Source: the human T2T-CHM13v2.0 reference genome, Homo sapiens. Taken from it: a DNA stretch of 64,000 bases. This document shows positions 1 through 13,663 of the stretch, piece after piece. The position numbers and the translations under genes were made by a program. The DNA is taken from NCBI RefSeq assembly GCF_009914755.1, contig NC_060929.1; one strand, 5' to 3'. The notes beneath the pieces are model-generated. The model was given only the letters and a program-made list of their open reading frames with translations, made no database searches and was not told the DNA's origin. The first letter of the stretch is position 1; each line of letters opens with the position of its first letter.

Positions 1-280
1 AAACATACTGTACAATTCCATTTAAATAAAGTTCAAAATCAGGCAAATCTAAATGATGATGTTAAAATAAACATGTATTGTCTCTCCTGTGTGAGGTACC
101 ATGGAATAAACTATGGTTCTAGAAATCAGAATAATGTTTACCTTTGGGGAGAAGAAAGGGACTCTAGGGAGGTTTCTGGGTTGCTGAGAGCATTCTATTC
201 CTTGATCTGAACTGTGGCTACCAGTATGTCTTTACTTGAGTTAATTTATTGAGCTTATTAATTGTGTACTTTTCTGCAAG
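1..280 (+). mobile_element. Old L1 (L1MC/L1ME-type) 3' UTR fragment
   Basis: attccattta...aggcaaatctaa...ttctgggttgctg...cattctattccttgatctg resembles old L1M 3' ends. Confidence 0.6.
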
Positions 281-1083
281 TAGCTCAAGCAGCAAACACT
301 TGTTAAGCACCTAACATGTATATGTAAGATTGCATGGGCACTGTGGTCCCTCTTCTTTTCACCCCCTTGTTAACATCACCCTTGCTGGAGGGAGCTCATT
401 ATTACTAATTGGCCCAAGTGACAGCACAGCAAATGAGTGCAGCAAGGCTCTGCAAGTCTTTGCTGAGAGTGGAAGTAGGGCCCAGTTGGGCTAAGGCCAG
501 ATGTTCTTTTACTTTGATTGGCAGAGTCCACTTTAGTACTTCCCAGTTCATGACAGCTTTTCTCTGCCACATTTAAATTTCTAAAGATAATTGTGGCCAG
601 GAGGCCCCTGCTCCAAAGCTTGAGTGACTCTCCTTGATTCAGGTATGTGACTGCCATCTGGACATGGCAGTTGGTAGAGAGCTAGAGGAAGAGCTTGCTG
701 AGATCCCAGCTTGCTCGAGGGGGTAGGAGGCAGGGTCAAGTCTGAACTTGTGCAGACCTGTGCTCTGGCTGCACAGTAACAACAATACTTATTTTCTCAA
801 CTATAAAGCTGTAAAAATGATCATACACCTGTGTGTATTTGAGTAGGAATTACGTGCATAATTCAATTGTTCATGACATCATGTGTGTGAGTTTTGCCTG
901 TATCCAGATGGAAGTGTCTGTTATAAAGTAAAAGAAATAAAAACATGTTGATTTGTAGAGGTGGTGAAATTGTGAGCCAATTTTTCTTTTAACATTGTTC
1001 CAAAGTTTTTGTGTATGTAACCGGTAATAACAATAAACACAAACAAAAGAATGATTTTCATTGCATGCATACTCAGACAATAG

Positions 1084-1444
<361 letters not shown>

Positions 1445-2084
1445 GACATTTCTTAACTAATTTGAAAATTTAACCAGGGAACATGGTCAAATTTGAAAGT
1501 GCCATTTGTGTATTTTCAGTGTCAGTAACAGAAAAATAACCTTTCATTTATTAATGTGAAACTGAATTTAGATCAAATTTCAGAACTCAACATTCTGACA
1601 GTCCTAGATGTGAAAAGCTGGCATTCACTGCTGAAAATATTTCATCAAGTTTCTTTAACATATGGCCTCCAGCTATTGAGAAGATTTTTGTAGTTGCTAT
1701 ATCAAAGGTGGCTTCTGAGTTGACGAATGAATGTTTTAATCACAGTCTGGTCTAAACTTGGCCATTACACATATTAGAATGAATTTGGTTAGTTTTTTTG
1801 TTCAGGAATATAGTTACATTGAAGAACTTCAATGCATTTATTTCTTTCTAAGAACTAATGTTTAATGAGCTTTACTATGGGCACTGCATACCAGAGTCTA
1901 CAGGGCATTGCCAGCCGAGCAAATAGTGGCTTGGAATGAGGAACTCATTTTCTTACAAAAGTAGTACTATACACAGTGGTACATTTTTAGGATAGTCCAA
2001 AATAGGAAATTTAACTCAGTATGTAGAGCTGTACTGCTTCAAATCCTAGGCTGATTCCTTATATCTGGGAGCAGAAAGTCCTTA

Positions 2085-2230
2085 ATGGAGGTAAGGAGGG
2101 TAAGTAGGGGCAGAGAAGAGAAAGGAGAAGAGCAGATGAGAAAGAGGAGAAAAGATAAAGGTGAAGACAGAGGAGGCAGAGGAGAGGGAAAAAAGAGAAA
2201 AATAACAAGGAAGTAAAGGAGGAAAAAAAT
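2085..2230. repeat. GA-rich low-complexity tract
   Basis: Nearly pure purine run (gagaagagaaaggaagaagagcagatgagaaagaggag...). Confidence 0.8.
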
Positions 2231-2934
2231 GTTCCTCTTTTTCTTTTCTACTCAGGACTGTGCTCAGTGTCATTTCCCTGGCAGCCTCTCCTATTTCTGC
2301 CTCCTCCACTCTCTGATGCCTCTGTCACAGCTTCCCAGGCCCCCAAGAGCTCCCGGGCTACTCTAAGCTCCCCATGGAGGTGCCACATTCAGACTTTTTC
2401 ACCCTCTGAAGATGTCTCATGCCCGTATGTTATCATCTTCCCTTTTTTTTGGTGAAAGGTCTTGAAGTCACTGTTGATCTGAATTAGGTGTAAAGAGCAA
2501 AGGTATATGATCAAACAATCTCTAAGATGTGAATGATGAATAATCTTGTATCTTTGAATGTTTGAATTTTTAAAAGAAAAACAGAGATTTTCTATTGGTA
2601 GAACTATGAGTACCACTAAAAAAAGTGAAGTGGGACATTCTGACCTTTTGAGATTAGTGGTTAAGATTTTTGGTCAAGGCAAAACCCTATAAACAAGCTG
2701 ACTGGCTTGTGACACTGCTTAGAATCTGCTATGTTCACCTCCTGTAACTTGTTCTCCCTCTTCAATTTCTTCTCTATTTTCATTTTGGGATCCATAGACT
2801 CTCTAAAATCTTTGTGGCAGAAGTGGGCACCTGCATACATTTGTCTTCGTAAGTTGACCATTGGTGAGTTAGTAGGGACCTGTATACGTGCTCTACATTA
2901 TTGGCTCCAATTTACAGATGAGGAAATTGCGGCA

Positions 2935-3274
2935 TACCATGGTCTGAAAGTATGTGTCCCCCCAATATTCATATGTTAAAACTTAATCCTCATTGTTTAG
3001 AAGTAGGGCCTTTGGGAGGAGGGCTCTGCCCTCATGAATGGAATTAATGTCCTCATATAAGAGGCATGAAGGAGCTTGTTTGCCCTTTCTGCCATGTGAA
3101 GACACAGCTACAAGGTGCCATTTATGGGGAAAGGGCCCTTATCAGACATCAAATCTCCTGGCACCTTGATCTTGGACTTCCCAGCCTCCAGAACTGTGAG
3201 CAATAAATTTCTATTGTTTATAGATTACCCAGTCTAAGGTATTTTTGTTATAGCAGCCCAAATGGACTAAGACA
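2935..3274 (+). mobile_element. Solo MaLR LTR (MST/MLT1A-type) inserted in a MIR fragment
   Basis: cttgatcttggacttcccagcctccagaactgtgag, aataaa, end ggactaagaca; near-TSD cggca/aggca. Confidence 0.85.
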
Positions 3275-3330
3275 AGGCATTTAGCAACTAAAGCCATATC
3301 CTTTTTAGCCCAAGGAATACATGCATGTGA

Positions 3331-3647
<317 letters not shown>

Positions 3648-3674
3648 TGCATGTGATTTTTATAGTGTTGTAGG

Positions 3675-3930
3675 CCTGCACTGTCTGATATGGCAGCCAT
3701 TTGCCACATGTGGCTATTAAGTACTTGAAATGGGGCTAGTATGACTGAAGAACTGAGCTTTTGATTTTATTTAATTTTACTCAATTTAAATTTAAAAACT
3801 GATAGGCAGTTTGGTTACTGAAAAATTTTAAGTATGTTTGAAATAATGCAGGTATGTGAATCAACTTTTTAAACTTTAAGTTTTATGAAATCTAAATATA
3901 GATCAAGTATTTCCAGTGAAAATTTAGTGT
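3675..3930 (+). mobile_element. hAT-Charlie fragment (MER3/MER33/Charlie5 group)
   Basis: ctgcactgtctgatatggcagccatttgccacatgtggctattaagtacttgaaatg matches the MER3/MER33 terminus; same motif family as 13664-14112. Confidence 0.75.
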
Positions 3931-4178
3931 TTGCAGGCTGGACACCCTCTGCTCCAGCTGAAGACATCTCTGAAAGGCCATGTCAGTGTCAAGCTTCCTG
4001 CTGGGGTCCCTGAAGCCTTCACTGATTCTGCACCCCAGTCCATATTCTCCTTTGGCCCAATCCTGCATCGTTCCCTTTCCTTCCAAAAGTGCTGAGTCCA
4101 AGAGTTTTCTTTAATAAACCTCTGCCCCCTAATATTCATCTCAGAATATGTTTCCTGGAAAACTCAACTTGCTATAGT
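3931..4178 (+). mobile_element. LTR16-like ERVL LTR, 3' portion
   Basis: aataaacctctgccccctaatattcatctcagaatatgtttcctggaaaactcaac resembles the LTR16 3' end. Confidence 0.65.
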
Positions 4179-4539
4179 GTATTTATTTTTAAATAATATA
4201 ATAAATACCTAGGGCCTCTGGGACCTTAAATATCTGGCATATCAAAGGTCCACATTACTGGGATATCATGGTCAGCGAGTAAGCAACTTAATGGGTGCCC
4301 ACTGTGTGAATGACCCTTAACTAAGGGCTGTGAGTAGCCTTGAAGGAAGAATCGCTGGGGGACGGCTGAACTAGATGAACTCAAAAGTCTGTCTCTGAGC
4401 CTCTATAAATATATTTTTATCTATAAAATGGTAGCTTGTTCCCAGTGCTCAGGGACTGGACTTGAAACTGAAGAATGGTAGACATCATTTTTTAGGTGTC
4501 TGTGGCTGCGGGAAAAGGGAAACGTGTTTAGCAAGTACT

Positions 4540-4945
4540 GAAAACTGAACATAAGTCAAACAGGGCTCAATGCTCTGGCATCAGACAGATGTTCTGAAGG
4601 CACAGAAGCTTCACATGTGGTAGCCCTGAAGGACCTTGGGGAAGATAAATCCTCATACTGGGCAGAGATTTTAACAGAACATCTCACTGTCCATGTGCAT
4701 GGAAAAAGGGTGTCCTGAGGAAAGAGTGTGCACTACTTTCTGGGCAGTACACAGTAGTTTGGCCCATGGATAGTGGCATGAAAGGAGCAAAACTGGAGGG
4801 CAGGAGAACAGGAAGTTTAAAGAGCTATGCATTGGCTTCTTAGAACGAACAAAGTGTGAGAATAGTTGTGTTCCACAAGGCTGCTCACCAAAGGCTCCTT
4901 GTTACAAAGGGGGATCTCAACAATCAGATAAACAGAAGCACTTCT
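4540..4945 (+). mobile_element. Ancient ERVL internal fragment (pol tether/RNase H region)
   Basis: Aligns by eye to the HERV-L pol in this window: 4594-4617 to 27543-27566, 4621-4667 to 27771-27817, 4861-4935 to 28003-28079. Confidence 0.7.
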
Positions 4946-5069
4946 CATTTGCAAAGGTTCTCAGTTCCCAATGTGGCAATACAACCCTGAATCTCCCATG
5001 TGGCACAGAGAGGGTGAGACAGGAACCATGTGGCAGGTTGGTTGTTTCTGATACTTTTTTGTTATTCTA

Positions 5070-6213
5070 GTTTTAATCATACATACTGATGGGGTACATA
5101 GTGATGTTTCAATACAAACAATATCGAGTGATCAGATTAGAGTAATTAGCATATCTATCATCTCAAACATTTATCATTTATTTGTGTTGGGAACATTCAA
5201 ATCTTTTCTTTTAGCTGTTTGAAAATATATACTAAACTACCGTTAACTACAGCTGCCCTACAGTGTTATAGGACACTAGAACTTATTTTTTCTATCTAGC
5301 TGTGCATTTTATATTCTTTAACCAATATCTATCCTCCCAACCTCCTCACCTTCCCAGCCTCTAGTAACCCATATTCTACTCTGTACTTCAATGAGACTGA
5401 CTGTTTTTAGCTTCCACATATGAGAACATGGGGTGTTTAACTTTGTTCCTGGCTTGTTTCACTTAACATAATGTCCTCCAGCTCCATCTATGTTGCCATG
5501 AATGACAGGATTTCATTCTTTTTTTATAACTGAATAGTACTTCATTTTGTATATACACCACATTTCCTTTATCTGTTCATCTGTTAATGCACACTTACAT
5601 TGATTCCATATCTTGGCAATTGTGAATAGTGCTGCAATAAACATGGGGATATAGATATCCCTTTGATATACTGATTTCCTTTCCTTTGGATATATACCCA
5701 GTAGTGGGATTGCTGGAGCATATGGTAGTTCCATTTGTGTTTTTTGGAAGAACCTCCATACTGTTCTCCTTAATGGCTGTACTAGTTTACATTCCCACCA
5801 ACAGCATGTAAGAGTTCCCTTTCTCCATGTCCTCACCAGCATTTGGAACTTTTTGTCTTTTTGTTAATAGCCATTCTCACTAGGGTGAGATGGTATCTCA
5901 TTGTAGTATTGATTTACATTTCCCTGATGATTAGTGATGTTGAACATTTATATATGTATTTGTTGGATATTGTATGTCTTCAGAGAAATGTCTATTCAGT
6001 TCATTTGCCTGTTTTAAAAGTTGGGTTATTTGCTTCATTAGCTGTTGAGTTGTTTGAGTTTTTTATATATTCAGAATATTAATTTCTTCTTGGATGAACG
6101 GTTTGCAGATATTTTCTCCCATTCTGTAGTTTGACTTTTCATTCTATTGATTGTTTCCCTTGCTGTGCAGAATATGTTTTGTTTGATACAATCCCATTTG
6201 CCTATTTTTGCTG
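5070..6213 (-). mobile_element. L1MA-type LINE, 5'-truncated (ORF2 C-terminus plus 3' UTR)
   Basis: ORF 5513-5842 reads CWWECKLVQPL...PAIPLLGIYPKE...MFIAALFTIAKIWNQ, the L1 ORF2p C-terminus. Confidence 0.93.
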
Positions 6214-6550
6214 GATTCTTTCTATCATATGGAAGGCAGTAATTTGTCCTCACTAAAATAGATTTTAATTTTAAGTTTAGGTTTATTTTCCTATCTACAA
6301 TATGCCTACTACAATTACCAGCTGAGGAACAGGAAAGTTCACTTGACCTGTGTTCAGTTGCAGAAATAAAGACCACAAGATTTACCCAAATTTCTTTTCT
6401 TGCTGCACTATACATATTAAAGAGCCATTTAAAATCATATATATATATGGTTTTATATCTGCTATAAATATATATATAATATATTTATTCCCTTCCTCTC
6501 TCTTTATCTCACTATGGTATGTAAACATATGCTATATATGTTTATACATA

Positions 6551-6832
6551 TGCCAGGCACAGTGGCTCATGCCTGTAATCCCAGCACTTTGGGAGGCTGA
6601 GACGGGTGGATCATGAGGTCAGGAAATCGAGACCACCCTGGCTAACCCGGTGAAACCCCGTCTCTACTAAAAATACAAAAAAAATTAGCCAGGCTTGGTG
6701 GCGGGCCCCTGTAGCCCCAGCTATTCGGGAGGCTGAGGCAGGAGAATGGCTTGAACCGGGAGGCGGGGCTTGCAGTGAGCTGAGATCATGCCACTGCACT
6801 CCAGCCTGGGCGACAGAGCAAGACTCTGTCTC

Positions 6833-6862
<30 letters not shown>
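6551..6862 (+). mobile_element. AluY-like SINE with (CAAAA)n tail
   Basis: gatcatgaggtcaggaaatcgagaccaccctggctaac, gagaatggc and gcttgcagtgag are Y-type diagnostics. Confidence 0.93.
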
Positions 6863-6864
<2 letters not shown>

Positions 6865-6878
6865 AATGTTAGCAGTCA

Positions 6879-7227
<349 letters not shown>

Positions 7228-7249
7228 AAAATGTTAGCAGTCATAGTCT

Positions 7250-7980
7250 TACTTTCTAAATTTTTTTCTTTGTTTCTTATGGTCTGTTTTCTCCACTTAT
7301 GTTTTGTGGATACAGCATCTTTTCATAACTCTCTGGAAGTCTAATTAGAGTTTTTTTCACTTTAATTCTTTTCTATTCTTTATTTTTCTTTCAAGGCCAT
7401 TTAATTAATTTTTTTCTTGGTGTTTTCATTTCATGTTTTGGACTCAACAGTTTGGCGATCCTGGATATTTAAGAATGAGATGATAGGTTGCCAAAGAGCC
7501 CTGCGTTGGGGGTTGCGAGCCGGGGAGGGGCTGGTTACTGTGAGTGGGAAGGCAGCCACTCATTTTTCTGGAGGATCTTTAAAGGTCAGATTGAGAAGGA
7601 TTTACTGTGGCAAACAGTAACCCCATGCTACAGGCCCTAGTCCTTCTCAGAAAGTCCATTCATGTTTCTTTCAGAGACAGAATTTCACTTTTTTTTTTAG
7701 GCTTTTTCCTGCCCTGTGCTGGGATCTAACTACCTGGCTACTAGCGTTTTTGTAAGCGGGGATGTTAGAGGGAAACATCAGGGGGATTGTTCTATACACA
7801 GTTTCAACTACTGACCCCGTCTCCACTCTCATGTCTCATGCCTGCCTTACATTGCCTTTACCTTCTCAGCAGCCTCTTCGGCTCAGCTCCTAGTTAATAC
7901 TCCTCCATCTGCTTTGTGTCTTACAGAAGGATTTTGAAATCTTAAGTCTCCTGATGGGGCTGTCTTGGATTATTTGCAGA
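7250..7980 (-). mobile_element. Possible very old L1/HAL1-like fragment
   Basis: T-rich tract with gtggatacagcatcttttcataactctctgga reminiscent of antisense HAL1/L1ME; highly diverged. Confidence 0.4.
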
Positions 7981-9294
7981 GACAGGAGATAAACCCAAGG
8001 GCTGAGCCTGTCGCTTTCAACTAGAAGCCCTAGGGCCTCTGGGTTTTAAATGGCTTTTTAATATGCTCAAAGTTTAGAGTCAGTGTGAACCATGACAATG
8101 TTCCTTAGACTAGTGTAATGTCCTGTGATTTATAGTAATGTTTCCAGTTGGTCCTCACAACCCTGGAGTCACAGGGGAGTCTGGAATGAATGGAGCTGGA
8201 GAAGACATCTGAAAGGCTTCAATGCATAGGAAACACTTGATCACAAGGGCAAAAAGACCCTCTACTATTTGTCAGAAAGTTAATGGAGAGATGGTCCAGG
8301 CTGGGATAAGGCTCAGCTTAGGGCTTGGAGGAGAAAACAGGTGAGAGGCTATAGGAACAGCAATGTCTGCTAAGCTGTTGCTCAGAGCCTGAGTTGGTAG
8401 TAGGGGGAGATGAGAGATCAGCTATGTGGGCGGCCAGTGGTGGGGCTTGAAGAGTCTGTAAGGTGATGTAAGCTATCAGTTCCAGAAGAAATTTGTGCAA
8501 AAGTCCTGCTGATGAGGGTAAGTTTGAAGCCAGAAAATAACATTGTCAGCAGCGTCACCGGCACATACAAAGGACAGTGATAGATTGCACAGCACCTCTC
8601 TCACATTTCTGGGCTAATGGAAGCCACAGCTTGCCCATTAGTTTCAACTTCCTTCCCCAAAGACTTTCCACTGGAACTTGTAAAATGTACATTTTACCTC
8701 TTTGTCCTTCCCTCCCCAGCCTGCTAGCAGAGATGAATAAGGCTGAAGAAGCAAGTCCCTGGAGAGAAAGGAAGAGATGAGAGAGACCCCCAAGTTGTGT
8801 GATCACCTCCAGCACACTGGAGACTGAGCCGTTTCACAAGGTGCCACTCAATCTAGTTTTTAGATGGGGCGTAGTTCGGGGGCAGACATTAGGCTCACTG
8901 TCTGAGAGGTTCCCTTAAAGCGGTGGTATCTGTGCTGTTTCTCCATTGCCTCTCCTCCAGTACAGGGAAATCACAGGGAAGGGCCCCAGACCTCAATGAT
9001 CTACAGCTGTGCTGAGCAGGTCTTTCCCGTGGGCCTCTGAGGTGCTCCTTGTGAAGGCAGAAGTGGGTTTTGTCCTGCAGAGCAAAGGAATTCTATTCGC
9101 TCCATGAGGTTTACACACTTGCTTTTTTCTGTTTCTCTTCCACTCCTCCCTTGAGAAAATTAGCTAGAACAGGTGCCTTTTTCTCCTTGCTGACTCCTTG
9201 CAGCAACCAACACCATTCAAAATCTCTCAGAATGTGCTAAGCGTATTTGTAATACCCTTAACTGTGGCTGAACTTTAAGCTTTACCCGTGCCTG

Positions 9295-9515
9295 GTCTCT
9301 CTGTGTCTGAGTCTCAGTTTGTGTCTCTCCCTGTCCTTGTCTGTGTCTCTATTTGTGTCACCCTCTGTCTCTCTATTTCTCCGTTTCTGTCACTGTCTCT
9401 CTTTCTCTGTCTCTGCTTTTTTGTTTCTTCCTCTACCTCTCTCCCTGTCTCTGCCTGTCTCCCTCTCTGTCTCTGTCTCTCTCTTTCTCTGTTTCTGTCT
9501 CCCTCCCTCTCTCCC
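9295..9515. repeat. Degenerate (CT)/(TCTCTG)n simple repeat
   Basis: tctctgtctctgtctctctctttctctgtttctgtctccc. Confidence 0.9.
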
Positions 9516-9681
9516 ATACACCTGATCACTGGTGCCAGGGCTCTCGCCACCCTCTGCCTTTGGGAAAGCAGCCTGAGTCATATTCATCCTGTGCTCAGCA
9601 ACTGGACATGATGCCTACTCCCCCAGAAAGCACAAAAAGCTTCCAAATCCACCTGGTCCCCTCAATAAAAATACCCCATCA

Positions 9682-9990
9682 GGCTGGGCACGGTGGCTCA
9701 TGCCTGTAATCCCAGCACTTTGGGAGGCCGAGGCGGGCAGATCACAAGGTCAGGAGATTGAGACCAACCTGGCGAACACTGTGAAACCCCGTCTCTACTA
9801 AAAAAACAAAAAAATTAGCCGGGCGTGGTGACGGGCACCTGTAGTCCCAGCTACTCGGGAGGCTGAGGCAGGAGAATGGCATGAACCCCGGGGGGCGGAG
9901 CTTGCAGTGAGTGGAGATCACACCACTGCCCTCCAGCCTGGGTGACAGAGTGAGACTCTGTCTCAAAAAAAAAAAAAACAACAACAAAAA
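9682..9990 (+). mobile_element. AluY-like SINE
   Basis: Full dimer with gagaatggcatgaaccc and ggagcttgcag; degenerate TSD aaaaataccccatca / aaacaaacccaatca. Confidence 0.95.
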
Positions 9991-10371
9991 AAACAAACCC
10001 AATCAATGCTTTCCCCTGGCCAGAGGGAGCTGTGTCTATGCAGAAGCCCCTTCCATTTTCTGGGCAAGCCCCTGAGCAGGCGAACCATCACTCATTTATA
10101 AAAATGAAGGATTCGTGAGCAACTCCTCTGGCTGCCAGCAGAGTTTATGCAGGTTCTGATCCACTTTAATTGAATTAAGCTGTGTTTATTTAATCAGCCC
10201 AGAGATATGTATCCTCAGGCAGGAATTTGATGACGGCTTCTAAATCGTGTTTTTGTCTGTGGGAGGAGAAGGGCTGTGATCTACTTGGTATTTTTGAAGG
10301 ATTGGGGGCCCAAGGGACAGGCTGGCATCAAGGCTCAGACTGGACCCTGCAGGGACACTGCATTCAGCAGC

Positions 10372-10495
10372 TGTGCATGTGATTGTGTGTGCCTGTGTGA
10401 GTGTGAGTGTGTGTGTGTGCATGTGTGAATGTGTGTGCCTGTGTGAATGTGGACATATATGTGTGCAGGTGCAAGTATGTGTGTGTGCACATGTC
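10372..10495. repeat. Degenerate (TG)n repeat
   Basis: tgtgtgagtgtgagtgtgtgtgtgtgcatgtgtgaatgtgtgtg. Confidence 0.9.
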
Positions 10496-10658
10496 CAGGC
10501 ACCCTGTGGTGAGTATGCATGGGCAGAGCTCTTTTTGCTCAGTGCCCCAGGACCTTGGGGCAGGACTGTCAGAGAAGCCAGACCTGCCAGTAGTCTGTGT
10601 TCTCAGCCACCACAGAAGAAAAGCATTAGAGAAATGAGGTCATACTGAGGCTTGAGGA

Positions 10659-10785
10659 CAGTATTGTTCAAATTGTGCTCCATAAATCTCCATGGGTGCT
10701 GGTTAAGCACACTGATGCCCAGGCCCCACACCAAGGCTTGCTGAATCACACTATAAATAACCTCAGGAGTGTTTGCATTTTAAGG
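10659..10785 (+). mobile_element. MER5-like hAT MITE fragment
   Basis: cagtattgttcaaatt...tgcttggttaag-like...cccaggccccac...tgctgaatcaca...tttgcatttt. Confidence 0.5.
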
Positions 10786-12049
10786 TTGGAGGCGGGGCAG
10801 GCAGAGGACAGTGACTGAGACTTACTTAGTGGGAATCATGATGCTGGTAGTGGGCATGGGTGTCTAAGCCTCACACCCGGGTCTGGGCAGTGCTCAGCGT
10901 GAGCTGCGCAGCCGAGTCATTTACGGGTGGGGCTGAGCCAGGGTCCAGGCAGGAAAGTGGTGCATTATCAGTTTATCAGTTTTCAGAGAGGCAGAGTAAG
11001 AGGGAAGGGGTTCCTTGTGGCCTGAGGAGCAAGGCCAGTGATCTTCAGCTGGGAAGGAAGCCAGCTAGGATCCCACGGGAGAAGCCCTGGAGAACAACCT
11101 CAAGCTGGTCCCAGAGTGGCCAGAGGTAGCAGAGTGAACAGACTGGCCAAGTAGTGTAATTCTGGGGCTAGTTCAAGGAGCACAGCTGGTCTGCTGTTAT
11201 AGTCTGTGTGGGGCGAGGGAGGGATTGTGATCCTCAGGGTCTAACCAAGGCTAGACTGTGGCAAGCAGTAGGAGAGAACAGATGTTAGAGAGCCTTCAAA
11301 AGAATAATGGGATTTGGTGACATTTTAAAGAAAATGGGAATGAAAGGAAAGAGAAGAAACTTCCAAGTTCAGGAAAATATATATATATGTATTTGGGTCT
11401 AGCACTATGAGAATCAGTTTTGGAAAGCTGACGACATTTGGAAATACCTGGCCACCCTTTTCTGAGCTCTCTGATTCCTCTGCTTTTTCAGCTTTGTTCA
11501 CCTCTCCTTAAGACAGCACATCCGTTAATACAATTAGAAAAACAGAGACTATCTTGTTTATGCTGTTGATTTCAGTTCTTATCTTTCAGTAGGAGAGAAG
11601 TTCTGTATGTCTCTAAACATCTCCTGGTCAACTTCACCTTGGCAGTTTTCCATAATCTGAAACTTAACACGATGCAAACCACATCACATCATCTTTCGTG
11701 TATTGTAGCTTGGGCAAGCTCTGTGGTAAGGTCTTCTTCAATGCCTGAGGTCCGTGAGCTGATGCGGGACATGAAGGGCTGGGAATGAACAGGAACCCAA
11801 GGGACAATTGCAGCCAATTTTTAGGGTCCAGGGAAGGAGCCTTGAAAAGGGGTGACAGACCTAGGCCTCTTCTTATCACAGAAGATTATGTTCAATGTAA
11901 GTGATGATGCAAATAACCAATAATACTGTGGTGTGTGTGTGTGTTTGTGCGTGTGTATGTGTTAGAAACAAACAAGAAAATCTTTTCCAGAATTAATCAC
12001 GCTGAAAAAATAAGTGAGCCCCCATTTTCAACTAGCATCAGTTGACAAT

Positions 12050-12562
12050 TGTGGCAGACAGCCTCCAAAATGATCTGCAGAATCCTGGCCTCCCGGTATT
12101 GATACACCTGTAGAGTTCCCTCCCACACTGAACAGGGCTGAGGATATTGAAGAAATGGTGGTGTGTGACTTCTGAGCCTAGGTCATAAAAGACACTGTGG
12201 CTTCTGCCTTGCTCTCTTAGATCATTCATTCTAGGAGAGACCTTGGGAGGAGAAGTCATGAGGACAGTCAACCAGCTCTTTGAAGAAGTCCACATGCTGA
12301 GAAACTGAGGCCTCCTGCCAACAGCCTTGTGAGTGAATCATCTTGGAGGTGGATCCTCCAGCACCTGTAAAACCTTCAGATGACCACAGATCTGGCTGAC
12401 ATTTTGACCTCAATGTTATGAAAAATCTTGAGGCAGAAGCACCCAGCTAAGCCAATCCTGTATTCTTCACCTACAGAAACTATGAGGTACTAACACATGC
12501 TTATTGTTTCAAACTGCCAAGTTTTAGAGTAATTTCTTATGCAACAATAGATAACTAATAAA
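12050..12562 (+). mobile_element. Solo MLT1F-like MaLR LTR
   Basis: tgtggcagacagcctccaaaatg ... gcaacaatagataactaata; 5-bp TSD acaat at 12045-12049 and 12563-12567. Confidence 0.88.
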
Positions 12563-12712
12563 ACAATGTTAACAATAACCTGATGTACACCCATGAAATA
12601 TGATATCCAGACAAAATTAGAAAGTGTTTATGTATGCACTGCATTGTTATGTTTCTTTATAGAACAAAAAGAATCCTATGTTTTTCGGATCCTTTTCTCA
12701 AGTCAGTGCCAG

Positions 12713-13194
12713 TGATGCAGGGCCCATGAGCCCGGAAATTGGGGCTCAGCCTGGGAGGGTTCTTGGCTCCACCCGGGAAAGTATTCAAGGGTGGACCAGT
12801 GGTGCCAGATAGCAACTTTTATTGAAGAGGCCGTGTATGGCAGCAGCAGAGGCACTGGTCCTTGTGGAGCAGAGATACTCCATAGGCAGTGTGCCCAGAG
12901 TAGCAGCTCAGAGGCAGTTCTTCAGTCATATTTATACCCACTTTTAATTACATGCAAATTAAGAGGTGAGTTATTCAGAAATTTCTAGAAAAGGGGTGGT
13001 AACTTCCAGGTCATTGACATGGAAAGTGGGGGGTAACTTCTGCATATTGCCATGGCAGTGGTAAACTGACATGGCACTGGTGGGCATGTCTTATGGAAAG
13101 GTGCTTTTGCCTCTTCTTTCCTATTTCAGCTAGTCTTCAATCTGGTCTGGAGTTCAAGCCCTGCCTCTGGAGTCATGTCCCACCTCCTACTTCA
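12713..13194 (-). mobile_element. Solo ERV1 LTR, MER66-like
   Basis: TG...CA ends, exact 4-bp TSD ccag (12709-12712 and 13195-13198); minus-strand TATAAATAT 12928-12936 and AATAAA 12818-12823. Confidence 0.85.
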
Positions 13195-13519
13195 CCAGTA
13201 CCTGCCCTCTCCTCCTGATTAGTGTAAGGTTAGCTCATTTTAGAGTCTATACCACTGGGAGGGCAGAGGAAATGTGCCAGATTCACCATTTATTGTTTTG
13301 TAATATGAGGTAGCTAAATGCTTTCACTCTACAATGAAAACTCCTTAGATTAGTCAATTAGGATTCATCCATGAACCAAGAAGGTGAGTCTATTTTTTTT
13401 TTGCCTTCTTTTGCAGAATAACTCTGACATTAATGGAGAAGAGGAACAGAAAGTGTGCTAGGACCTGTTAGCACACTTTCTGCTAGCATATCATATCTGT
13501 TTTTTATAAAAAACACATT

Positions 13520-13625
13520 GTCTTACACTTAACATTTTCATTTATATTAGTTCTATAATTCCTCCCCAAAAGATTATGAAGGAGGTATAATTAGCTCCAT
13601 TTTTTGGATGAAGAAACTGAATAGA
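13520..13625 (-). mobile_element. MIR fragment
   Basis: attagctccattttttggatgaagaaactga, antisense MIR core. Confidence 0.65.
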
Positions 13626-13663
13626 ACTTGAGCACAGCCTAATTTAATGCTTTTTCCTCTAAT

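Noticed and set aside
7490-7540. Small CpG/G-rich patch as a CpG-island promoter
   Set aside because: Only a few CpGs over ~50 bp, far below island size.
9288-9709. Overlapping LS-, ER- and CV-rich ORFs (also 10240-10648 and 52787-53329)
   Set aside because: Stop-poor frames arising from CT, TG and GA/CA simple repeats.
13381-13389. Strong splice donor AAG/GTGAGT (similar at ~15340 and ~40593)
   Set aside because: Isolated donors are expected by chance in 64 kb; I could not pair them with acceptors or a coding frame. lncRNA exons cannot be excluded without RNA data.
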